From NCBI GenBank assembly GCA_051294375.1, contig CM119266.1, positions 20,438,780 to 20,502,779 of the forward strand: a stretch of DNA of 64,000 nt, read 5' to 3'. This document shows, piece by piece, positions 25,081-36,473 of this stretch (position 1 is its first letter; each line of letters begins with the position of its first letter). The notes below the pieces were generated by a model. It saw only the letters and a list, made by a program, of their open reading frames with translations. It searched no databases and had not been told where the DNA came from. A program made the translations under genes and the position numbers. The DNA is from Paraspadella gotoi (lineage: Eukaryota; Animalia; Chaetognatha).

Positions 25081-25879
25081 ATGGTTCCCTCCGGTGGACG
25101 AAAGACAAAAGCAAGTTCGCGAGATTTTTTTTTTTCGAGAACAAAGGAACAATGGAAGGAGGAGGAGGAGGAGGAGGAAGACGATAAAATGAGGTAGCGG
25201 GGCAGAATGAGAAAGAGTTTAGCGAAGAAGGAGAGGGAGCCGGTGAATGAATAAAGCTCAAAGAGGAGATAAAGAAAAGAAGGAATGNNNNNNNNNNNNN
25301 NNNNNNNNNNNNNNNNNNNNNNNNNNNNNNNNNNNNNNNNNNNNNNNNNNNNNNNNNNNNNNNNNNNNNNNNNNNNNNNNNNNNNNNNNNNNNNNNNNNN
25401 NNNNNNNNNNNNNNNNNNNNNNNNNNNNNNNNNNNNNNNNNNNNNNNNNNNNNNNNNNNNNNNNNNNNNNNNNNNNNNNNNNNNNNNNNNNNNNNNNNNN
25501 NNNNNNNNNNNNNNNNNNNNNNNNNNNNNNNNNNNNNNNNNNNNNNNNNNNNNNNNNNNNNNNNNNNNNNNNNNNNNNNNNNNNNNNNNNNNNNNNNNNN
25601 NNNNNNNNNNNNNNNNNNNNNNNNNNNNNNNNTGAAAAGTGATATTTATTTTGACTTTAATTTGTTTTTAGTTGATCTTAATATTGTCAGAGTTTCGAAC
25701 CCAGTTTTTCTCTCTCATCTCATCTCACAGATCCATCGATGTTTTTTTTACTTTCTCTCTCTCATCCATTTTTCTTTTTTTTTTTCTCGTCGTTTGCGTC
25801 GTTTTGTTGACACTTTTTCCCTTCGTTCGCCAGATCCTCACCGGAATTGCTCTTTTGTTGCTTCGCGCTCAATGTTTTG

Positions 25880-28800
25880 TTTTTCTAATCACCCCCGCGC
25901 ACCTTTTGTCCGGCGCTCGGACCCGTCTCGCGTCCTCACCGCCTTCCGCGCGTTGCCATGGAAACCTTCGCCCTTTCTGGCAGCAGCCGCCGAGTCAGCC
26001 GCAGGCCGCGCCGGAAAAGTCTTGAGCCTTGTTTAAATTTTTCCATTGCCTCGCGGGAGACCCAGAGGTCATCAACTCTCAACCTTTCTCTATTTTTTCT
26101 CTTTTCTTTGCTCACTTCCTCTCGTTTCGAAGCTTCCTTTGTATTAAGTTGGAAGATAATACAAATTAAAACAACGTGAATATGTATAAAGTGGAACTAA
26201 CAAGAAAACAAAAGAGTAAAAAAAGGTACAAAATTCTGGGACGGAACATGAAGCGAATGCCAGACTGGAAGAGAGAGANNNNNNNNNNNNNNNNNNNNNN
26301 NNNNNNNNNNNNNNNNNNNNNNNNNNNNNNNNNNNNNNNNNNNNNNNNNNNNNNNNNNNNNNNNNNNNNNNNNNNNNNNNNNNNNNNNNNNNNNNNNNNN
26401 NNNNNNNNNNNNNNNNNNNNNNNNNNNNNNNNNNNNNNNNNNNNNNNNNNNNNNNNNNNNNNNNNNNNNNNNNNAGAGAGAGAGAGAGAGAGAGAATTCA
26501 ATAAAGAATAAGAAAGAGGAAGCAGGTGAAAAAAGGAGCTAAAACTCAGGAAGAACCTCAGTGATTTAAGAGGAGATATAAAAATGGGAAAGATCGAGCG
26601 AAAGAAGATTTCGGGTGCAAAGTTTAGAGGAAAGCTTGATTAACACGTGGCATGAGCGAACTCAACGCGTACAGATGGGTGCACGAACGTCGCACGTACA
26701 CCTTTGGTTCGTACTAGCGGATTGCGAGTTGAAATTACGCTGAAAAAAACAAGAAAATACAAAAATCTTGAAAAGTAAAAGGTGTTTTGTGAAAGAAATC
26801 GCGAAGGAAAAGAGAGATTAACTAAAATGAATTAAAACTGGGAAAAAATAGTAGGAAAATAAACGCCACTTCAAAATTGACAGGCGAGAAAAGCGAGGAA
26901 CAAGCTTTCCTAGTTAAAAAAAGAGAGAAAAGANNNNNNNNNNNNNNNNNNNNNNNNNNNNNNNNNNNNNNNNNNNNNNNNNNNNNNNNNNNNNNNNNNN
27001 NNNNNNNNNNNNNNNNNNNNNNNNNNNNNNNNNNNNNNNNNNNNNNNNNNNNNNNNNNNNNNNNNNNNNNNNNNNNNNNNNNNNNNNNNNNNNNNNNNNN
27101 NNNNNNNNNNNNNNNNNNNNNNNNNNNNNNNNNNNNNNNNNNNNNNNNNNNNNNNNNNNNNNNNNNNNNNNNNNNNNNNNNNNNNNNNNNNNNNNNNNNN
27201 NNNNNNNNNNNNNNNNNNNNNNNNNNNNNNNNNNAAAGTGAGTAAAAAAAAAGCCTTTTCCAGAGGGCCATGAGTTTATGGGGCAAGGAACGCAACGCAT
27301 TTTTTGCGAGCGCGGTTGTTTCAGGGGAAGAAAAGGGTGATATTCCCGAATTTCGCGAAAAAAAAAAAAACAAAAAAAGAAGTCGAAACAAGAGAACAAA
27401 AATTTTAGTGTTTGCGATCGAAAACACGAATTTTGAACCATGAAATTACTTTCCAAAGTATAAAAGTGCCCCTATAAAACTTTCCTTATCATGTATTTTG
27501 GTAAAAATGATAAAAATAATCATTTATAAAATTATCCATTCCCACCGCCTTCTGTTTAGCATTTTAGATATTATGAGTTTATCAATTATGATTTTCTAAC
27601 AGGAATGATATGTGATGTATAATTAGAAAACCAGGGCGGAGATTAATCTAACCTTATCTAACCTAAAAATAAAAAAATAGTGAAACAAGTAATTTAGCAA
27701 ATTTTTCATATGAACATTGAACAACCGAAAAGAAATAGCGAGAGAAATTCTTGACTTTTTTCTTTGTTTTTTATGTTTGTTTACATTTTTTTCCTCTTTT
27801 TTCTAACCCTTTTTTAGGCTGTGAGTCGACGGTAGAGGAACCGACGATAAACCATGGAAATGTCAGGGGTTAAAAGCAATCCCGGGGTGGAAGAAATTCG
27901 AAAGGGGGGGGTTAAAGGCATTCCAAAGGGGTGGGAATCATGGGGTGTGGGGAGTTAAAACCAGAAGGGTTGGACTTCAAGGCTTCGGGGACGATACATC
28001 AGAATTCCAGGTTGTTGACTACAGGTTTTTTTCCTTCGGTTTGGATCGTGTGCCCGAATTTGTGGCTCGAGGGTTTGGCGAGAAAGAGCGGGAGAAATAT
28101 TAACCGCTAGAGGGATTAAGGAATCGAGGAATCGTCTCGAGTTACGAGACACAATTTCGAGTAACCGAAAAAAAGCCTTTGACACTCAACGCCGTCGCCG
28201 GTGGCGAAAGAAAGAAAGAGGGAAAAGGTCGATATTGTACAATATCGCGATTCGGCCGGAAAAAATCCGCCGGAAGACCGGGAAAAGCCCTCTCCATCCC
28301 CCCCCCCAGTCAACCCGGCGGGGATTCTCGTGGGGAAAAGGGGCTGAGGGGAAGGGAGGAGGAGGAGGAGGAGGAGGAGGAGGCGGAGGAGGAGGAGGGG
28401 AAGAGGAGAATTGAAACGGAAATCTAATAGAGAGGAACAGGTGAGGTATGAGGGGGCAGTGAAAGGTGCAGTGTGATTTAAACTGTGGCCGGTGATCTTG
28501 ATTAACTATACCAGATGCGGAATCATGCTGGGAAGGTAAGTAAAATCGAAAGAAAGTAAGTCAATTAAGCCGACAAAGTGGAATCCGCTTTCGCTGAACA
28601 GAAAAGAAATATGTTTGAATCCAACGCAGAACCAATCTCCACAACTGTCCTCGAATCGCCCCCTCTACACATAAGTCGTCGTCTTCGTCGTCGTCGTNNN
28701 NNNNNNNGTCGTCGTCGTCGTCGTCGTCCTCGAGGTTGCGACGGAAACCATTTCCCGGTTTCTCTCTTTGCCTTTCCTGGTTTTCTTGCTTCGGGTTATA

Positions 28801-29522
28801 TTTCATCCCACGATTTCACCGTCGGCGTCTCGGCTGCCACCGACGCCACCGACGCCGTCTCAGACAAGAATGGCGCCAATCTCACTATTTTTATCGCCAC
28901 TGATGCCACCATTGCTCTCTCACTCAAGGATGTTGCCACTCCTGAAGCCACCGTCGGAATGAAGGATGCAAACGCCACCAAAGTTGAGACAGAGCTGAAA
29001 CCAAATTCTTTGGTCGCAGTGACGCCACTATTCCATCGCCCATTGTATTACCACTCTAGACACCGTCGTTGCCATCGTTGCGTGGCATCAAAGACGCCGT
29101 CCTTCGATGACGCCGTCGTTATCGTCAAAGACGTCGTTGCCTTCGTCACGGTTTTCTTCGGGCAAGAGAAAACCCCGAGATGAGGTTATTTTCATGCAAA
29201 TGGTATTTAGACCTATGGAGTTCACAATGGTCATTTCAAAGTGGTTCGTAGTCTTACTTTGGCCATGAAAAGTCATTCGCAAAACGCTCACGAGCGAATT
29301 TTTCACCATCATCGTCAAATCTACTGTAGAGCCACCGACAAAAACTTCTGAGTTGGAACCGTGCATCATTTTTAGCGTCAGCTTTACAATTTCTAATATT
29401 TTGGAGGCTTTTCTTTATTTATTAATTTTTACACTTTCCTGAATATCCAGGTTAAAAAAAGTTTATTTCCATTAGAGGTTATATAATTTTCCATGGCATT
29501 GGACTTTTCTTTTTTCGTGCTT

Positions 29523-29554
<32 letters not shown>

Positions 29555-29579
29555 NNNNNNNNNNNNNNNNNNNNNNNNN

Positions 29580-29649
<70 letters not shown>

Positions 29650-30610
29650 TAGGGGAGAGAGAGAGATTCGACTTTTCAACGGACTTTCACGTGAAAGGTA
29701 AAGAATCGGGCGGTGAGTTCGCAAAAAATATCAATTCCATTTCGTGAAAGGAAAGAAAATAAACGCTGAAGAGAAAGAAAGAAAAAGAGAAGAAACATAC
29801 GAGAGAGAGAGAGGAGAGAGAAGAGAGAGAATAGAGAGGTCTCTCTCTCGTCCCGCGTTTCCGGTTTTTTTTCCGCATTTACCTTTTTTTCATCCTTCAC
29901 ACTCAAGAACCCTCGGGGGTCCGCCTTTCCCCTTCGAACGACGGAAGCGCGAGGCATAGATAATGAATAAATAAATAATATTAATAAATAAAGAAGGGAA
30001 ATGGAGAGAGAGAGAGAGAGAAAAAAATAAGAAAGAAAGGATGAAAATCCATCGAGAGAGAAAGATGAAAAAAATGATATTCTCGTCGCGAGATTCATCA
30101 CAAGTCATTCCTCAGATTCGTTTCCTTGACTTGAGGATTCGGTGGCGTCGTGGACAAGGATCTCGACAATCTAAAAATAGAAAAGTTATGTTCGACGATG
30201 GGCGACGGGCTCCGGGGGGGGGGAGGGAGGAGTTGGAAAAAGAAAAACTCGTTCATTAAATACCACATCTTTAAGATTAGCTAAAACTAATAGAAGCGGC
30301 TTCCTCATCTGCTCGCTCACCGTTTGACGTGTTTTGACAAGGTCCAGGATTCCGTCTTACGGATTCTGGATTCCTAAACTCTCCGTTATATCTAGGTTAT
30401 ATCTAGGTTATATCCTGAGAAGACGCCCAGGAAACTCCGGCGTGGAAATTTCGCAGAAGGAGATAAACCCTCCGGCGCCTCTCTTAGGATCTCTTCGTCT
30501 CGCTTCCGGCTTTTAACCGGGACTTCCTCCGGCATTTCTCTCGGCTTCTTTCCGGCGTCGGGGTCAAGCTCCCGGTTTCCTCGAACCCGAAATCCTAACG
30601 AGGCCTCGCG
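25880..30610 (+). repeat. Third, compact copy of right-arm segment ~39470-45765
   Basis: Collinear anchors, e.g. cgcgcaccttttgtccggcg (25897/39487), ggaaatctaatagagaggaacaggtgaggtatga (28418/42761), ggcgtggaaatttcgcagaaggagataaaccctccgg (30439/45534). Differences are overwhelmingly short indels. Confidence 0.92.
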
Positions 30611-30835
30611 ATGAGAGAGAGAGCGAGCCCGGGCCCTCGCCGGAAAATGAGAGAGAAGAGGAAATTAAGAGAGAGAAGAGAGAGATAATCTAGAGAGAGA
30701 GAGAGAGAGAGAGAGAGATCGGAAGGGGAGGGAGAGAATGAAAAGGATGGGCGACGATTTTTAAAAAGACTCTTCCACTGATTTCGGGGGCAAATCAAGT
30801 CGAGCGGGGGGGGGGGGAAAGCAATCAGTTGGGTA

Positions 30836-31165
30836 GCAAGGCAGTTTCGGGGTCCCCAAGAAGGAGAGGAGGGAAATTGAGGACTGGGGGGGTAAGAGTG
30901 AATATGGCTTCTGGCTTAAAACCATGAATCGAGAGGGAAGGAAAAAGTGATGGGACGAGAAAAAAGGTGGAGCGGAGACGCTTTGCGCTGCAAGATCCTA
31001 TCATTACGTACTATGAGGCAGGCGTTATCCAGACGAGACAGAGGAGATAAATCCGTCTGCGCGACAATACGGATGGAGCGGGGGGAAAAAAAGGAAAGAG
31101 GAAAAGTAATCTGCGGGTTTCTCGTTCTAAGGAGGAAAAAAAAAAATTAAACTTCTTCTTTCTCT

Positions 31166-31209
<44 letters not shown>

Positions 31210-31385
31210 ACCCCCTCCATGGCCGTTCTCCATGGAATGGGTGTCGCCCTAATGGTGGTCAAAAACTCTTCCTTCGGATTGAAGAGAGATTAGCTTTCAT
31301 TCTTGTGGGGGCGAAAGTATTATGCCAATAGACGTACGGAGGGCGAAAGGCCGCGGGGAGGTCTCGCCCCAAGAAGACTCAATTT
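30836..31385 (+). repeat. Indel-rich copy of 35633-36115
   Basis: Anchors gcagttt, aaaaccatgaa, ctcttccttcggattgaagagagattagctt and cgtacggagggcgaa are shared. Confidence 0.85.
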
Positions 31386-33299
31386 GGGATTAAATGAAAA
31401 TGGATAATTTTTTTATATTTGGTATTACCAATTTCATTTCATTGATACAACGTAAGAATTATGTTTCCCGATGAGGCGAAGTGGTTACACGTTACAATTT
31501 TCATCTTTCAATCGTATGTCTGGAACCCTCAAATATTTAAACTATCGATATGTGGTGGGGAAGGTGACGACCAAATTGTGCGCCGTCTGCATGTCCGCGG
31601 CACTATGGATATTTGCTAACATTTAAGCCCTTAGGCGTCGAGATGCCAGTAGTAGACAGATAATTCAATTATTTCATTAAGGAATTTTCAAGTCAAAACT
31701 TCGAGCTGGACTATGGGAAGATCGTGTCTTATATTTTTTACCCGCATATCACAAGTTTTCAAAATTGATACTCTCAAATTTTGACTTTTCTATAATTATA
31801 AGATAAACGAAACTGGCTTGACTGGAAATATTCAATATGGGAAAAAAAAGAAGTGTAATAATGATTATTTAATTTATTACATACAGTATTAATAATTTTT
31901 AGACAAAGCCCCCCCACTAAGCGTGTGAGAGAAACATATATATCAAAGGCTAATTTCCTTTCCGGACAATCAACTAAGCTATCGATTGGCACTCATGTTT
32001 CCCCGAAGTTTGATGCGAACAATTCCAGTGCGGGATAGGCTCGTTCTGGGCCGCCCTACGTTGTGTATAGGATTTTTGTGAAAGTCGATTGGGCGAAAAG
32101 ACTGTTTTAAGATTGCGGGTACAATCGCGAACAGACGCCGATGAGGATCGGTATGCTCGTTACGATGATCAACAAATTAATATGATAATTGTGTGTTGCT
32201 TGTGTTATCACAGACTCTATTAGCTATTGTATAATGTTGACTAATATACAGAAAATTCGCGATTGTAAAAAAAATTTAATAATTATCATATTCATTGTAC
32301 ACTCGAAAAAATAACAAAGCTTGTTCCAAGGTCGCTTCTTGTAACGATAAATTGTATCCGCTGGCAAGGAACCACGCCCTATGTCCATTTTTGGGAACTG
32401 TGTTCAAAAAATAAAATATATATATGTGAATTCTTTTGACAGAATACTTTTTTTTTGTGCATTTTGTTTACACACACGGACGAATGATAATACAATAAGA
32501 AGTTTAGCCTTTAACTTCTTTAACTCGTTAAAAATTTTAATCGATGTTACCTATCGGACCACAAGGAAAAAAAGACCTCCGAAAAATCAATTCTTAAAAA
32601 CTACCTACTCCTTACTATTTACTTTCTTCAATAGTTTATCTAAAGCATACCACAGACCAGAGCAATGATATTTTTATTATATTTACTATTAATTCCAATC
32701 AAAGGGGGTCTTCTTCATATGCTTAATTTTCTCTATATTTATATTCTTTGTCAAACGCCTACTACATCGTGACGAAACTAAAATATTCGTGAGTGCGTGT
32801 GATTTTTTAAAGAAGATGATTTAATATTTTTTTTGTTGAACTTTATTTGTGCCACTAACGGCAAATTTCCGCTCGAATCGAATTGAAAAAAATAACTAAA
32901 AAAAAGAAATAAAAAAATCCTTAGGTTGATGAGACGGAAAGCAAAAGAAAATTCTCGGAGGGGAGATCGAAGTCGAGCGACGACGGGGATCGAAAAAAAC
33001 ATCCACCGTCGTCTAAATGGATCCCCGGGTTACCAGATGTGAAAGTCCCAAAACCGCACCCACTCGCACGATCCATGCTTCGATATGAGGACAAGAAGGA
33101 ATAAATTGAAGCAGTAAATAAAAAATGCCTCCTCTACCTCTAAAAACGGAAAAAACGAGGCCGCGTGTTAAAAAGGCGTCCGTGCTATTCCCCTTTTCGC
33201 TTTTCCCGCCGCGAGTCTCTCTCCTTTTCTTACGCCTCTACCGCCCACTCGCCGCCTGCTCCTTTCGCTTCGTGGGGGCTACACATGAGCGATAAGTGA

Positions 33300-33980
33300 T
33301 TCTGACGTCGCCTGCTCGAGACCGGAAGGGTCGCATCTTCCAGGCCGTTCTAGAACGCGCAGAACTCCTCTATTCGTGGCGAGTCGCGTCAACGTCATCG
33401 TGGGTTCCGCTGGCATTCCGCAAGCGTCGTCGAGGGGGCGGTTGGGGTGCTTCTCATCGCCGTCAAAGGAGGCGCGATAAATTTAACGCGGCGAGCAGCC
33501 ACAGCAGCAGTCGTCAACGACTCCGACGCGAACCAGACGGCGGTCGGGCGTCGTGCGAACCGATTGTGCAAATTCGCGGGCGCATCCGTTCGCTACCAAC
33601 CTCATCATCGGCGTCACTTTCGTCGAACCGCCAGCAGATAAAAAGGGAGGGAGCGGACAACGTCGGAAAAGCGAAACCAACAACGACGGACGACGAACCC
33701 TCGTTTATCTTATCCCCGTCGGCGGCGAGAGCGCATGTTCTCGACGAGATCCCGCGCACGACTCTGGCTTCGACTCGGGCGCCCTCTCCGCCACCAGCCG
33801 CCGATTCGCGGACCTTATCTCCAGTGCCCGATGTTTCGCCGCGCCCTCTTACCCGGTCGCGGAGTTTCTCGGATCCACTTTGTCCGACCCTACTTAACGC
33901 GGTCGGATGTCGAACCCGTTTGTATCCCGTAATTCGCGGTGCACTAATATCGCTGAGGCTTCGTCGCCGTCGATAAGGAG
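33300..33980 (+). CDS. Candidate exon(s) of a CUB-domain protein (first CUB-like domain); frame broken by many apparent sequencing indels
   Basis: GC-rich island with C/G-ending codon runs (ctc atc gcc gtc; ctc atc atc ggc gtc act ttc gtc gaa). Frame-hopping gives LLY..FVA, ..LAF, SS...RALL..EF.SD and a terminal RG.Y/RF/VDK-like string, resembling a CUB C-terminus. Boundaries are approximate. Confidence 0.35.
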
Positions 33981-34133
33981 AGGCGAGGATTAACTACAGG
34001 TTTCCCTATGATCTCTTTTGATGTCTTTGTTGTTGTCCCCGGGCGTGAATTAATTATATATGTATATATATAATGCGTGAGAGCCCCTTTATTAACAGTG
34101 ATATTAATTAGTGATTCTAATATCTTCCACCAG

Positions 34134-34534
34134 ATTCCGGCCACAGCCCTTAGAAGCCCAAGCATGCGACTTCACTGTCACGACTCGACGAAGACTCCAC
34201 GGGCAGTTTTTACTCCCTTACCGGGCAAGTCGCACATCCTGCCGCCGCCGGCCAGGGATGATTCGGCACACGAAGCAACGCTTCGCCGGGAGATCGTCTC
34301 GCTGGCCATTCACTCGACACCGACGCGGCTGCTGCAGCCACGGACGGCGCTAGACCGCGCCCTCCCCATCACTTTGACTCTCTCACGTTCGCGGTTCACG
34401 TGGCGCCGACCGATAGGCGGCGCAAGTGGCGCTACGCACTTATCGTTTACCATTGTATTTGACCCGTTTGTCACGATGCCGAAGTGGAGACCGCGACATT
34501 AAGAGAGATCGTGGGGCTGGATGAGGAACGTGAG
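34134..34534 (+). CDS. Candidate exon encoding a CUB-like domain (SOL-1/cubilin-like), with frameshifting indels
   Basis: Acceptor tatcttccaccag ends at 34133; strong donor gag|gtaagt with GT at 34535. Translation QPLEAQACDFTV...HGQF, then by frame shifts YS/PY/PG and REIVSLAI, matches the CUB start C....G.FYSP.YP...E.V.L.F. Confidence 0.45.
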
Positions 34535-36473
34535 GTAAGTCGGCGAGAATGAAGTAATTTTGCATTCCTGGAGATCAATGCCCTCTGGATGCCTATGGGA
34601 AAACGAAAGAGCAAGGTTTTCTTTAAGGACCAAGTGAACACGGGGGGGGTAAAAGCTTAGAAAACCATAAGCGCTCTTGGAACCTTTTAACTTAAGCTGG
34701 TTCTGGAACCATATAATTTATTTTTTATAAATCATGTAGGGAAATAGGTTGAAAAATCCGATAAAATCTGGAAGCTTAATTTTCCTCTTAAAAAATCCGG
34801 TAAGGAAGAATAATCTTTTCTTCAGAGTTTAAAATTTTTTTTCTCTAAAAAAAGGGAGGTAAGATCTAATTTTAAAAAAGAGATTTATCAGCTCCTGATC
34901 TCTTCTAGATTCCTCCATAAATTTTTTAAATTATGTCAGAACGTTTTTTCTCTTTTTTTCCATATTTTTTGACACGCTAAACGTTTTCCTCTGATTACAC
35001 AACAATTTCATTGAAAAAATAAAAAAATAATAGTACCAATAGTTAGTTGTTATGGTCTCGTAATAGGATGGAAAAAAAAAAACCTCGTTTTAAATATTCG
35101 ATCGGGAAGTGGGATGGTAACTTAACTTTTTACCTAAGGGCATCCTCCACGCCAATCGTTTCTCTCATAATAATATTTTTATTATCTTGAAATACATCTT
35201 GAAAGGAAAAGAGAAAAGTCAGAATGCAGTTGCAGAAAGGGTACAGATAATCTGGACATACTGACATGATATCATGACCTCTTTATGTCTTGTGAAATGG
35301 GGGCAGTAAAGAAAACCTAAAAATTTCGATCATTAAGTCAGTCAATGAAGCCCGTTCCAATGGGCTATTTCCGCGAAATTTTTTTTCTTAATTAAAAATT
35401 GGGATGATAGTTAATTAGAATTAAATTCCTTGTATAAAGGTTATTATATTTAAAAGAAAAAATATCAATACAGATAAACACATATGATGTCATTGCTTAC
35501 GTTCAAATAATGTTGCCAGCTAGTAATTTTATTACAGATTTATCTTTACTATAAACAAGCCATCTTTTCGATGTCAACAGCTTTTCGCTTTGCTTTGTTA
35601 GCAACTGNNNNNNNNNNNNNNNNNNNNNNNNNAGCAGTTTGGGGTCAAGAAGATTGAGACTTGGGGTAATGAGATGGGCTTCAGTAAAACCATGAACGAG
35701 AGGGAGAAAAGTGAAGGGGACGAGAAAAGGGAGAGAGCGNNNNNNNNNNNNNNNNNNNNNNNNNNNNNNNNNNNNNNNNNNNNNNNNNNNNNNNNNNNNN
35801 NNNNNNNNNNNNNNNNNNNNNNNNNNNNNNNNNNNNNNNNNNNNNNNNNNNNNNNNNNNNNNNNNNNNNNNNNNNNNNNNNNNNNNNNNNNNNNNNNNNN
35901 NNNNNNNNNNNNNNNNNNNNNNNNNNNNNNNNNNNNNNNNNNNNNNNNNNNNNNNNNNNNNNNNNNNNNNNNNNNNNNNNNGATGGGTGGTCGCCTAATG
36001 GGTCAAACTCTTCCTTCGGATTGAAGAGAGATTAGCTTCTTCTTGTTGGGGGCGAAGTTATGCCAATAGCGTACGGAGGGCGAAGGCCGCGGGAGGTCGC
36101 CCAAGACTCGGGATTAGGTCGGGGGAAGGCCCGAGTCGAGGGGCGCGAGAGGAATAATGTAAATTGTAACCAATTGGGTAAATTTACAACGAGGCCCCTC
36201 TCGTGGCACCAGAGGTCAGGGGTTGAGAATGAGAACCGATTCGATTGTAAGCTCGTACGAAACGTTAAAAAAAAAATGGCGCTGGAATTGTCATCAAAAA
36301 TGCGTTTAAACTGTATGAACATAACTGTACTAAGCATGAAAGTAGTGTAATAGCTTTGAAGCTCGGAAGGGGTGTGGCCTAGGGAACGAGATGGTCTAGA
36401 GAATTGACATCGTTTAAACTCTATTCCGCTCTCCATAGCGCAAACATTCTTTCATGAGAGAGAGAGAGAGAGA

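Noticed and set aside
33296-33976. 226-aa ORF taken at face value as a protein
   Set aside because: Its R/S/P-rich composition is typical of an off-frame GC-rich reading; the plausible coding signal hops between frames.
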